From contig JABGQV010000091.1 of NCBI GenBank assembly GCA_018648655.1, positions 1 through 59,153 on the forward strand: 59,153 nucleotides of DNA, written 5' to 3'. The DNA is from Anaerolineae bacterium. Lineage in GTDB: Bacteria; Chloroflexota; Anaerolineae; Anaerolineales; Villigracilaceae. Under the pieces are notes generated by a model. The model worked only from the letters and a program-made list of their open reading frames with translations, was not told where the DNA came from and searched no databases. This document shows positions 9,996 through 21,037 of this stretch, piece after piece; position 1 is the first letter of the stretch; each line of letters starts with the position of its first letter. A program made the position numbers and the translations under genes.

Positions 9996-11195
9996 ATGAA
10001 AACAAAACTCTTCCTCCTCTTTACCCTTCTTCTCGTTATCATCATTGCTAGTTTCGCGATTTGGGGCGTGCCCTATTTTTTTTCTCCCGTACAACGTATC
10101 CAACAAGAATCAGGTTTCGGGTCAGGAACGGTACGGGCAAAGGTCACGCAGATTATTGAAGAAGGCGAGACAACGCTGGGGGATAATCCTCCACAGCTTT
10201 ATCAAATCTTCCGTGCAAAGCCGCTATCTGGAATATATGAGGGCATTGAGCTAGAGTTAAATAATGGCACGCGCCAAATTCGCTACGATTCTATTCGGCT
10301 AGATGTGGGAGACGAGTTGCTCATTGCTGTTACCGTTGGCCCCGATGGCACGTTAAATGCCTATTTTGTTGATTATGTGCGTTCGCATTTGCTCCTAATT
10401 TTGGTTGCAATTTTTGTGGTCGCAATTTTAGCAATGGCAGGGCGTAAAGGGCTTGGCGCTCTGCTTAGCCTGGCCTTCTCGTTGCTGGTTGTCATTGGCT
10501 ATATCATTCCCCATATTTTGGAGGGTGAAAACCCAGTGAAGGTGAGCATTATTGGGGCAGCCATTTTGCTCTCAGTTACCCTCTATCTCACCTATGGATG
10601 GAATTTAAAAACTCACGCTGCCGTAATCAGCATGCTTTTTTCGCTCATTATCACTGGCACCTTAGCATGGGTTTTTGTCTATACTACAAAATTGACGGGC
10701 TCTGGGGATGAAAATGCGCTTTTTCTCGTACAAATGGCAGATGCTTCAATTAATTTGCGTGGGCTTTTGTTGGGAGGGATTATTATCGGTGCGCTGGGCG
10801 TTTTAGACGATTTGGTGATAACCCAAGCCTCTGCTCTTTTTGAGATTCACGATGCAAACCCGAGTTTGAGCTTGGGTGCCCTCTATAAGCGTGCTACCAA
10901 TATTGGGCAGGATCATGTAGCCGCCACCGTTAACACCCTTGTTATGGCTTATGCTGGAACAGCCCTTCCTATGCTTCTTGTTTTTTCGATGTCAAAAGGG
11001 AATTTCGGCTATCTCATCAACTTCTCCTTTGTCGCCGAAGAAGTTGTTCGAACTCTCGTTGGCTCATTGGGATTAATAGCCGCAGTCCCTATTACCACCA
11101 TTATCGCTGCATATTTTGCTATGAATAATGAGGGTTTTGGCGCGCTACGCCCCTTTTTAGGAGAGAAAAATAGTAGGGGTGGGCATCATCATTAA
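9996..11195 (+). CDS. YibE/F family membrane protein
   Basis: 399 aa. N-terminal TM plus soluble domain, then a multi-TM core with GALGVLDDLVITQASALFEI, which is YibE/F-like. Confidence 0.8.
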   Translation: MKTKLFLLFTLLLVIIIASFAIWGVPYFFSPVQRIQQESGFGSGTVRAKVTQIIEEGETTLGDNPPQLYQIFRAKPLSGIYEGIELELNNGTRQIRYDSIRLDVGDELLIAVTVGPDGTLNAYFVDYVRSHLLLILVAIFVVAILAMAGRKGLGALLSLAFSLLVVIGYIIPHILEGENPVKVSIIGAAILLSVTLYLTYGWNLKTHAAVISMLFSLIITGTLAWVFVYTTKLTGSGDENALFLVQMADASINLRGLLLGGIIIGALGVLDDLVITQASALFEIHDANPSLSLGALYKRATNIGQDHVAATVNTLVMAYAGTALPMLLVFSMSKGNFGYLINFSFVAEEVVRTLVGSLGLIAAVPITTIIAAYFAMNNEGFGALRPFLGEKNSRGGHHH

Positions 11196-11328
11196 AAAAG
11201 CGTATGTTTGAATTTCAGAAAAAAATAGGGGAAATTAATCCAAAATCAAGGGCGCCACACGATGCTTATCAAACAGGGTAACCCAAGCCATAAAATATCA
11301 GAACTATATAAGAGTTTATTAACGTCCC

Positions 11329-11357
11329 TTGACGCTACTTAGCCGTAGAAGTATCAT
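11329..11357 (+). promoter_or_regulatory. sigma-70-type promoter of groES-groEL
   Basis: TTGACG (11329-11334), 17-nt spacer, TATCAT (11352-11357). The CIRCE operator lies just downstream. Confidence 0.55.
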
Positions 11358-11368
11358 TTGAAACGAAA

Positions 11369-11395
11369 TTAGCACCTTGATGCTTAGGGTGCTAA
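11369..11395 (+). promoter_or_regulatory. CIRCE operator (HrcA binding site)
   Basis: TTAGCACCT-N9-GGGTGCTAA against the consensus TTAGCACTC-N9-GAGTGCTAA, 28 nt upstream of the groES ATG. Confidence 0.85.
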
Positions 11396-11422
11396 AATTT
11401 TGTATAAGGATATTTTTGCTCG

Positions 11423-13382
<1,960 letters not shown>

Positions 13383-13402
13383 ACTGAATATAAAATAATT
13401 TT

Positions 13403-13434
13403 AAAAACCCCGTTCGATAATGAACGGGGTTTTT
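13403..13434 (+). terminator. intrinsic terminator of groESL
   Basis: AAAAACCCCGTTC-GATAATG-AACGGGGTTTTT. Confidence 0.85.
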
Positions 13435-13472
13435 GCTTTACGGTATAATTTCACCCTAAAAACAGCCCCCTC

Positions 13473-13534
13473 TGTCCTTCGGACATCTCCCTCCTCAAGG
13501 GAGAGAAACAATCCCTTCCCCCTGAGGGGGAAGG
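13473..13534. repeat. cluster of three short GC-rich hairpins (REP-like)
   Basis: TGTCC-TTC-GGACA, TCTCCC-N7-GGGAGA and CCTTCCCCC-TGA-GGGGGAAGG sit back to back in the groEL / PPIase intergenic region. Confidence 0.5.
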
Positions 13535-13565
13535 CTAGGATGGGGGCAAAGGACTTCATTTTCTC

Positions 13566-14444
13566 TTGAATACCCGAACTTGCTTTCGTTTTATCACATT
13601 ATTTTTCATCCTAGCATCTACCGCCTGTGGCACATCTCAGGAAGTATCTGAACCTACACTTGCTCCCACAACTGAAATATCTGCCCCGCCCACTGCGACT
13701 GCAATCCCGGCTGCTGCGATTGTGAATGGAGAAGTTATTTCTCTAACTGAGTTTAACGCCGAGGTATTTCGTATTCAGCAGGCGCAGGAAGCGTTGGGTA
13801 ATATCATCTTTGTTGATGAGGCAGAGGAGCGCGTTCTTAACGATTTGATTGACCAAATACTCTTAGTTCAAGCTGCGCGTGCAGATGGTTTCACGCTCAC
13901 GGATGCCGAAGTAGAAGCCAGGATTGAGACTTTAGCTGCAGATGTTGGCGGGGAGGAGAATCTGTCTACTTGGCTGGCAAACCACAACTACACGAGTGAA
14001 TCCTTCTTTTTATCCCTTAAAAAAGCAATCTCAGCAGCGTGGATGCGTGACAAAATCCTTGCAGATGTCGATGAATCCGCAGAACAAGTACACGCTCAGC
14101 AAATTTTGCTCTATAATCTGGAAAGGGCTGAGGATGTGCAAGCTAATTTAGCTGCTGGTGCAGATTTTGGCGAATTGGCATCGGCTTATGACCCTAATAC
14201 AAATGGTGAATTATTCTGGTTCCCCCGTGGATATTTGCTAGAAAAAACTATTGAAGATGTAGCATTTTTACTAGCAATTAATACGCCAAGCGAAATTATT
14301 GAGACAGAAATTGGCTTTCATATTATTGTGGTTTTAGAAAAGGCAGAAGATCACCTGCTTTCACCTGATGCTTTATTGGCATTGCAAGAAAAGGCATTAA
14401 ATGAATGGCTACAAAAAGAACGAGAAACGAGTAAAATAGAGTAA
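13566..14444 (+). CDS. SurA/PrsA-like peptidyl-prolyl isomerase (parvulin) lipoprotein
   Basis: 292 aa. Lipobox ILASTACG, a SurA-N-like helical region and a parvulin domain (HAQQILL...FGELA...GFHIIVV). The start is TTG in the track, so its position is uncertain. Confidence 0.75.
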   Translation: MNTRTCFRFITLFFILASTACGTSQEVSEPTLAPTTEISAPPTATAIPAAAIVNGEVISLTEFNAEVFRIQQAQEALGNIIFVDEAEERVLNDLIDQILLVQAARADGFTLTDAEVEARIETLAADVGGEENLSTWLANHNYTSESFFLSLKKAISAAWMRDKILADVDESAEQVHAQQILLYNLERAEDVQANLAAGADFGELASAYDPNTNGELFWFPRGYLLEKTIEDVAFLLAINTPSEIIETEIGFHIIVVLEKAEDHLLSPDALLALQEKALNEWLQKERETSKIE

Positions 14445-14491
14445 GAAAATTATAGAGATGCGGCGCATCTGCTTAAGTAGGAGAAAGCCTT

Positions 14492-15259
14492 ATGGAAGAT
14501 TACGATTTTAGCGAAGATAGTTTTGATGAAGAAGTGGAAGAAACAGATAAGAAGAAAGGTCTTAGTTTTGATATGTTAGATATTTTTTCTATTCTTCTTT
14601 TGCTTGCAGCAGCATGTTTGGGTGCATATTTCTTATTGCTATTTTTTAACCCCTACACCAGTTTGAATCCTTTACGTCCTAATACGCCCACCCCGCCTAT
14701 CGTCCTGCCCTCTGCCACAATTACTCCCTTGCAGTTATCAGAACCCTGGACGCAAACGCCCACAATACAGCCTACAGTTACCGAAACACCGCGCCCAACC
14801 TTTACACCAATTCCATCGGAAACTCCTGTGCGGCTTTATACAGTAACATTTACACCACCCCCTCCTACAGCTACAGCCACCCCTCAGATGCCTTTTGAAG
14901 CAGATATTCAGCTCATTAGTAGCACAATAATTCACTCTGAAACAGATTGTAATTGGTTAGGCGTTGGCGGTACAGTAAAAGATATAAATCAAAGCCCAAT
15001 GCTCGGTGTGGTTGTTCGTGTTCAAGGAAGTTTGGTTGGAGAGAATGTCGATTTTATGACAGTAAGTGGTGTTAGCCAAGCCTATGGACAATCGGGGTTT
15101 GAGTTTGTACTTGGAGACCTACCCCTTCCTTCAAGCGATAGCTTATGGATACGTGTTTTCGACACAGCGGGTTTGCCCCTTTCTGATCAAATTTTCTTTA
15201 GCACCTTGGGTGATTGTGATAAAAATTTGGTGCTAGTCCACTTTAAACAAGTAAGATAA
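14492..15259 (+). CDS. membrane-anchored hypothetical protein with Pro/Thr-rich linker
   Basis: 255 aa. AGGAG SD, acidic N-terminus, one TM (IFSILLLLAAACLGAYFLLLFF), a P/T-rich linker and a C-terminal domain of about 110 aa with unknown fold. Confidence 0.6.
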   Translation: MEDYDFSEDSFDEEVEETDKKKGLSFDMLDIFSILLLLAAACLGAYFLLLFFNPYTSLNPLRPNTPTPPIVLPSATITPLQLSEPWTQTPTIQPTVTETPRPTFTPIPSETPVRLYTVTFTPPPPTATATPQMPFEADIQLISSTIIHSETDCNWLGVGGTVKDINQSPMLGVVVRVQGSLVGENVDFMTVSGVSQAYGQSGFEFVLGDLPLPSSDSLWIRVFDTAGLPLSDQIFFSTLGDCDKNLVLVHFKQVR

Positions 15260-15277
15260 ATTTTAGTGCTCTTAGAG

Positions 15278-15314
15278 AAAAGCTCTTTCCTTCAAAAAGG
15301 AAAGAGCTTTTTTT
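15278..15314 (+). terminator. intrinsic terminator
   Basis: AAAGCTCTTTCC-TTCAAAA-AGGAAAGAGCTTT followed by TTTT. Confidence 0.8.
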
Positions 15315-15451
15315 ATACTATATTTTCTTAAGTTGCTTGTATTAAAAGGCATAATTTTATAAGATAAGTGTATGGAAAAAATGACACTACTTATCTTTTT
15401 GACCTTTTGATTGCTCAAAGAATCACAAAAACTTAGTATATAGGAAAGCCA

Positions 15452-16000
15452 ATGAATGCACTCCGCGCCTTCTTCCGCTTACTCAATAAATATTTTATGG
15501 TTCCTGCTTTCAAGCTGGGGTTTGGGCCCATCATGGGTAATCCCATTTCGGGCTATATTATGGTTTTGAAAACAATTGGTAATAAATCTGGGCTAATGCG
15601 TTATGCTCCTGTTAACTATGCCATTCACGAAGGAAAGATCTATTGCCTTTCTGGGATGGGGAAAATAGCGCACTGGTATAAAAACCTGAGCGCAAATCCG
15701 AAAGTTGAAGTGATATTGCCCTCTGGCATAATTTCTGGAGAAGCAGTCACCGTCACAGATGCAGATGAACGCTTAAGCCTGATGCGTCAGATTCTGAAAA
15801 ATAGCGGATTTGCCAGCTTTATGTCCGGTATTAATGCTTTTAGCATATCTGATGCAGATTTGCTGAAAAAAGGGGAAGAGATGATTGTTATTCGTATCTC
15901 ACCAGATGGGATTGTCGCTGGTTCAGCAGACCCGGGTGGAAAGTTGTGGCTTTGGGTGACCATTATTACGATTGTTTTTGTATTTGCAGTTGTTTTTTGA
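15452..16000 (+). CDS. deazaflavin (F420)-dependent nitroreductase-like protein (DUF385 family) with C-terminal hydrophobic tail
   Basis: 182 aa. LNKYFMVPAFKLGFGP...VLKTIGNKSGLMRYAPVNY...WYKNLSANPKVEV resembles the DUF385/PNPOx-like family. C-terminal LWLWVTIITIVFVFAVVF. Confidence 0.65.
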   Translation: MNALRAFFRLLNKYFMVPAFKLGFGPIMGNPISGYIMVLKTIGNKSGLMRYAPVNYAIHEGKIYCLSGMGKIAHWYKNLSANPKVEVILPSGIISGEAVTVTDADERLSLMRQILKNSGFASFMSGINAFSISDADLLKKGEEMIVIRISPDGIVAGSADPGGKLWLWVTIITIVFVFAVVF

Positions 16001-16108
16001 TTTTGGCATGCTCTATATCGATGACCTCATGCTGGGGGAATCTTGTGCAGGTGGACTTGTCCTACCGATTGCTTTGGCGGGTTTAGTTTTTAGAAAAAGG
16101 AGAAAGAA

Positions 16109-17095
16109 ATGACAGAAAAAATCAAATGGGGCGTAATCTCGCCCGGGAAAATAGCCCATGTCTTTGCGAAGGGTGTGAGGGTTATCCCTGATGCTGAGAT
16201 TATCGCAGTTGCTAGCTCTAATAAAGAACGAGCAAAGGTTTTTGCGAGTGAATATAAAGTGTCCGAAGCCTATGATTCTTATGAAGCTCTTGTTGCTAAC
16301 CCTGATGTGGAAGCAGTCTATATTAGCTCTTTGCACCATCAGCATTTTGAGCATAGTATGCTTGCTCTCAAGGCTGGAAAACATGTCTTGTGCGAAAAGC
16401 CGATGACAGTGAATGCCCTTGAAGCAAAGAAGTTGATTGATACAGCACGTGAGAAAAAACTTTTCTTGATGGAAGCCCTGTGGACACGTTTTTTACCAAT
16501 TTATGATATTGTGCGCCAATGGCTAGATGATAGACGTATCGGCGAAATCAAATTGCTGACCTCTACCTTTGGCTTTCTCGCTGAAGAAGATGAAAGCAGC
16601 CGCTTATTTAACCCAAATCTGGCCGGTGGATCTTTGCTAGATATTGGTATTTATCCTTTGGCTGTTTCTGAATGGGTGATGGGTGCCTTTCCTGAAACTA
16701 TGAAAGTCCATGCCTTGATGGGAAATACGGGCGTAGATGAATTACTCTCAGTAATATTGGTTTATGAAAATGGTGTGGTATCACAATTTACAAGTACTTT
16801 TCTTGCCGAAAATATGAATGATTTCTTTATATATGGCAAGAAGGGATATATCCGCATCCATCCGAAATTCTGGGGTGGCACTCAAGCCACATTAAGCATA
16901 ACGGGAAAAAAAGATGAAGTCATCTCTGCACCCTTCAGGGCAGCAGGATTTGAATATCAAACTAAAGAAGCAATACGTTGTATCCGTGCGGGATTGCTAG
17001 AAAGTCCCGTTGTTTCGCATGATTACACCCTTTCGATGATGAAGCTGATGGATAGTATTCGGGAAGAGATCGGATTGAAATATCCTTTTGAATAG
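16109..17095 (+). CDS. Gfo/Idh/MocA family oxidoreductase
   Basis: 328 aa. KWGVISPGKIAHVF (Rossmann) and the LCEKPM motif. AAGGAG SD. Confidence 0.85.
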   Translation: MTEKIKWGVISPGKIAHVFAKGVRVIPDAEIIAVASSNKERAKVFASEYKVSEAYDSYEALVANPDVEAVYISSLHHQHFEHSMLALKAGKHVLCEKPMTVNALEAKKLIDTAREKKLFLMEALWTRFLPIYDIVRQWLDDRRIGEIKLLTSTFGFLAEEDESSRLFNPNLAGGSLLDIGIYPLAVSEWVMGAFPETMKVHALMGNTGVDELLSVILVYENGVVSQFTSTFLAENMNDFFIYGKKGYIRIHPKFWGGTQATLSITGKKDEVISAPFRAAGFEYQTKEAIRCIRAGLLESPVVSHDYTLSMMKLMDSIREEIGLKYPFE

Positions 17096-17110
17096 CTGAA
17101 GGAAACACCT

Positions 17111-18802
17111 ATGGAAAGTGGTCCAAAATATCGGGTTTTAGAAGTTGGTAGTATCGTTGTCTTTATAATTATTACGATACTATTGGTGGTTCTCAACCCA
17201 TCACAGGGGGTGGATACGGTTGAGCAATTCTCAAGCGTAGAATTGGATGCTTACGCTTATGCCATGCCGCATCAGGGTTGGGCACCGATGAGTGTCTATT
17301 TCAGTGCCTTTGGCAGCCAATCGAAGTTGGGGAATGTTGTCAGCTATGAATGGGATTTGGACGGGAACGGCCTCTACGATACCGATGCCAGCGCGGATGG
17401 GGGATATGCCAGTTATACGTATACAAAGCCGGGGGAATATCTTGTTACGGTACGAGTGACGGATGATGCTGGACGTTCAACTACGGCAAACACTTTAGTC
17501 GTTGTAAAGCACCCTTCCGCCAGCAGTGTAGATTATTGGACGATCTTCGATGATTCGCAAGTGCGGAAAGTGGAGTTGCAGATTACACAGGCGAATTGGG
17601 ATGCGATGTGGGAGCAACCTGAATCCAAGACCCGTGTTGAAGCGGATATTTTCTTTTTTGGCGATCTTGTTGAATCTGTAGCGGTCAGTATGAAAGGGAA
17701 CGGTTCTTTGGGCGGCTCGGGCGAGAAGAAGTCGTGGAAGATCGATACGGATTATTTTGTTGCCGAGCAAGAATATAAGAATTTGAAGCAATTTCTTTTC
17801 CATAATAATTTTATGGATGCTTCGATGCTGCGAGAGAAGATGGGCTATGAAATGAGCGCTTTTGCCGGTGTCCCGGCAGGGTATACGGCTTATGTCGAAT
17901 TCTGGATAGATATTGTGGATGATGAGAATCCATCTGAGTATTGGGGCGTGTATACGATGGTCGAGCGACCGGATTCTAAATATGTGCGCAATCGTTTTGG
18001 AGACGATAATGGGATTGGGAACCTGTACAAGGCAGATGCCTGGTTCGAGCAGGGGGCTGCCGACCTAGCCTATTACGGGCAAGATATTGAAGATTACCCC
18101 AAACCTCGGGGAGAGGTTGCATACAGTCTTCGGACTAATAAAGATGAAGCCGACTACAACGACATCATCCAATTATGTTATGTGATCGATGGTGTCCAAT
18201 ATGAAACTGAAGAAGTTTTTACACAGGCTCTTGAAGAAGTTCTGAATGTGGATGGTTATCTGCGTTATACCGCCGTTTTGATGACACTCCAAAATTTGGA
18301 TACCTACCAATATACGGGCAATAATTACTTTATCTATAATGATTTAACGATGGGCAAATTTGAATTCGTGGCGTGGGATTTGAATAGTGCGTGGATGGGC
18401 AATCCTGAGTTCCCCTTATATGGCGAAAAATGTTGTCAGGGACCCGTGCAGTGGGCGCCGCTCTATACAAAGGTTTTTCAGGTTGCCCGTTATCGACAGG
18501 ATTATGCCGCGTATGTGGATTTGTTGACCCGTTACTGGTTCAGTGATAATTATTTTCCCACAAGGGCAGCGTATTGGCAGGAGATGGTCTCGCCATATTT
18601 AGACGGTGACAAAGCTTATATCGGCGATTCGGCACTGTACTCGCTAGAGCAATTTACGAGCGAGCGGGATCAATTGATTTTGCTAACGAGCCAACGCAGC
18701 CAGTATTTGCAATCACTGCTTTCTTCGGGGCAATGGAGAACGATTATCCCTGAGCCAAATGTGGATTTGAATACTGAGGGCAATGTCAACGAAATGCACT
18801 GA
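17111..18802 (+). CDS. membrane-anchored PKD-domain + CotH kinase family protein
   Basis: 563 aa. N-terminal TM IVVFIIITILLVVL. PKD repeat YEWDLDGNGLYD...YTYTKPGEYLVTVRVTDDAGR. CotH-like KKSWKIDTDY, MLREKMGYE, WGVYTMVE, GNLYKAD and NNYFIYND..FVAWDLNSAW. Confidence 0.85.
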   Translation: MESGPKYRVLEVGSIVVFIIITILLVVLNPSQGVDTVEQFSSVELDAYAYAMPHQGWAPMSVYFSAFGSQSKLGNVVSYEWDLDGNGLYDTDASADGGYASYTYTKPGEYLVTVRVTDDAGRSTTANTLVVVKHPSASSVDYWTIFDDSQVRKVELQITQANWDAMWEQPESKTRVEADIFFFGDLVESVAVSMKGNGSLGGSGEKKSWKIDTDYFVAEQEYKNLKQFLFHNNFMDASMLREKMGYEMSAFAGVPAGYTAYVEFWIDIVDDENPSEYWGVYTMVERPDSKYVRNRFGDDNGIGNLYKADAWFEQGAADLAYYGQDIEDYPKPRGEVAYSLRTNKDEADYNDIIQLCYVIDGVQYETEEVFTQALEEVLNVDGYLRYTAVLMTLQNLDTYQYTGNNYFIYNDLTMGKFEFVAWDLNSAWMGNPEFPLYGEKCCQGPVQWAPLYTKVFQVARYRQDYAAYVDLLTRYWFSDNYFPTRAAYWQEMVSPYLDGDKAYIGDSALYSLEQFTSERDQLILLTSQRSQYLQSLLSSGQWRTIIPEPNVDLNTEGNVNEMH

Positions 18803-18818
18803 GCTTGAAGGAGAACTC

Positions 18819-20225
18819 ATGAAGAAACTCAAAAGAATTTTTCTCGTTTTTATCATTATTATCCTCATCCCAACTATCGCTCTTGCGCAGGGAAATGGTT
18901 TCAGCGACAGCTTTGATGATTCCACACTCTCGGAGTGGGAAGCGCCCGGTGCGACGGTTGAAAATGGTGTTTTGAAACTCAGCGATGGAGGATTTGCCCT
19001 CCACTTTGGTGATTGGTCAGAAATTACGCTGATGCTCAAATTCAAGTTTTCTGGCGAAGGCGAAGGGGTGGTCAATTATTATTTCCGTGACGAAGGGCGT
19101 TATGGTTTTGCTTTTGGAGAAAACACTCTATACCTTGAAAAAGAAACGTCAGAGGGCATCGAGACGCTTAGCGATGTGAAAGCAGCCACGCTTCAACCAG
19201 ACACATGGATCAATCTTAAAATTGTTGTCAGTGACGGACAGCATCAAATTTATCTCAATGATGAATTACAACTCACAGCTACAGATGGAAATCCGCTTAA
19301 AACGGGCGCAGTCATGTTCAACTCTCGTGGGCTGACGCTCGAGTTTGATGACCTGCAAGTGCAGGGCACGCCCGGCGAAGGTGCCATGCCCGAAGGCGAA
19401 TATCCGTCCGAAGGGCAAGATCCGCTAACAGAAGGCGAAGCCTCGCCAATGGGCGAAGTATCGCCTGCGGTCGAGGGTGCGCCAGAAGTTGGCGAAACGA
19501 ATGCTTCAACCTCTAACACAGCCCAACCCGCAACCACATCCCAAACAAAGGATAGCCTTATGCAAGAATTCTTCTCCAGCCAAGCCACCCCCACCGACCT
19601 GACCACTTTCCTCATCAACATGGTGCTGGCAGCCATTGCTGCCTTTATTCTCAGCCTTGTCTACATCCATTGGGGCTCGTCGCTTTCGAACCGCCGCAAA
19701 TTTGCTGCTAATTTTATGCTGATGACCATCACAACAACCTTTATCATTTTGATTGTGCGTTCGTCAGTTGCCTTGAGTCTTGGCTTGGTCGGTGCGCTCT
19801 CGATTGTCCGTTTTCGTACCGCCGTCAAAGAGCCAGAAGAGTTAGCCTATCTCTTCTTTGCCATCGGGATCGGGATTGGCTTGGGGGATAACCAGCGGCT
19901 GATAACGATGTTGGCGTTAGTAATCGGGATCATCATCATTGGATTAAATAGACTGCTCCACCGCGCCGAAGCGGACGCAAATTTACACTTGTCAATTGCA
20001 AGTCAACATCCTGCCAAAGTGGAGCTACTGCAGATCGAAGCCGTTTTACGGAATCATTGCTCAAAGATGAAGCTGCTTCGTTTCGATGAAACAGCAAAGA
20101 TACTCGAAGCAGGCTTCCTCGTTGAATTTCGGGAGATGAGTCAACTAAACGTGACCAAGCAAGAATTAAGGGCGCTTTCGGATCAGATCGAGATCACTTT
20201 TATGGATAATAAGGGCGTTTGGTAA
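18819..20225 (+). CDS. DUF4956 membrane protein with N-terminal concanavalin/DUF1080-like ectodomain
   Basis: Start placed at ATG 18819 (AAGGAG SD; track start 18783 overlaps the CotH 3' end). Signal/TM IFLVFIIIILIPTIALA, a beta-sandwich-like ectodomain, an acidic E/G/P linker and a multi-TM core with GALSIVRFRTAVKEPEELAYLFFAIGIGIGLG. Confidence 0.8.
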   Translation: MKKLKRIFLVFIIIILIPTIALAQGNGFSDSFDDSTLSEWEAPGATVENGVLKLSDGGFALHFGDWSEITLMLKFKFSGEGEGVVNYYFRDEGRYGFAFGENTLYLEKETSEGIETLSDVKAATLQPDTWINLKIVVSDGQHQIYLNDELQLTATDGNPLKTGAVMFNSRGLTLEFDDLQVQGTPGEGAMPEGEYPSEGQDPLTEGEASPMGEVSPAVEGAPEVGETNASTSNTAQPATTSQTKDSLMQEFFSSQATPTDLTTFLINMVLAAIAAFILSLVYIHWGSSLSNRRKFAANFMLMTITTTFIILIVRSSVALSLGLVGALSIVRFRTAVKEPEELAYLFFAIGIGIGLGDNQRLITMLALVIGIIIIGLNRLLHRAEADANLHLSIASQHPAKVELLQIEAVLRNHCSKMKLLRFDETAKILEAGFLVEFREMSQLNVTKQELRALSDQIEITFMDNKGVW

Positions 20226-20228
20226 ATG

Positions 20229-20314
20229 TCGTCACTGCGAGCCGATGATGCACTTCGTCGGCGTGACAGTCTCCCGGATAGCGTGGAGATTGCGTCGCTT
20301 CGCTCGCAATGACG
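20229..20314. repeat. palindromic MITE/REP-like intergenic repeat, copy 1
   Basis: Terminal inverted repeat CGTCACTGCGAGC...GCTCGCAATGACG. Shares blocks GTCAYTGCGAGCCGATG, TCGGCGTGRCARTCTCCC, GGAGATTGC and CTCGCAATGAC with 37712-37801. Confidence 0.7.
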
Positions 20315-20334
20315 TAGCTCTATAGGTATAAAAA

Positions 20335-21024
20335 ATGAAAAAACCCAAAATCCGAGAATACCGCTACGAGCGAAAATTCCGCGTTGAAGACCTTGATGTT
20401 GCTCAAGTACGGATGCTCGTCAAACGCCATCCGGGCATTTTTTACTCGCCCTTTCCGCCCCGCTATATCAATAATCTCTACCTCGACACGCCCGATATGG
20501 AGAATTATCACGCCAACGTGAGTGGTGTGGGCGAGCGACAAAAAGCGCGCATCCGCTGGTATGGCGATCTTTTTGGCGAGATTCCTAAGCCCGTTTTGGA
20601 ATTTAAGGTAAAAGATGGTTTGGTTGGTGCAAAATATAGTTACCCTTTTCCCGCTTTTTCTTTTGACAGTGAATTCTCGCAAAATGGCTTTCAAAAACTT
20701 ATCGCCAAATCCGATCTGCCCGATGTCGTGCGTTGGCAGCTGCGCGGTATGAGCGTGGTTTTATGTAATCGCTATTATCGCTGGTACTACCTCACAAAGG
20801 ATCAAAAATATCGTGTCACGGTTGATAAAGAAATGCGTTATTATCACATCCGGCAAACTGCTAATCATTTTCGCTATCAATTTCTTGACCCTAAAGCGAT
20901 TGTGGTTGAGCTGAAATATGCCCGTGATTTAGACCCCTATGCTGATAAAGTTGCGGGATTTTTCCCCTTCATGCTCACACGGAACTCAAAATATATCACT
21001 GGTATAGAGCAGGTCTATTTATAG
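20335..21024 (+). CDS. VTC-domain (CYTH-like, polyphosphate polymerase domain) protein
   Basis: 229 aa, no TM. EYRYERKFRV, INNLYLDTPD, RQKARIRWYG and VLEFKVKDG resemble bacterial VTC/triphosphate-tunnel proteins. Confidence 0.7.
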   Translation: MKKPKIREYRYERKFRVEDLDVAQVRMLVKRHPGIFYSPFPPRYINNLYLDTPDMENYHANVSGVGERQKARIRWYGDLFGEIPKPVLEFKVKDGLVGAKYSYPFPAFSFDSEFSQNGFQKLIAKSDLPDVVRWQLRGMSVVLCNRYYRWYYLTKDQKYRVTVDKEMRYYHIRQTANHFRYQFLDPKAIVVELKYARDLDPYADKVAGFFPFMLTRNSKYITGIEQVYL

Positions 21025-21037
21025 GTAAAACATTTTC

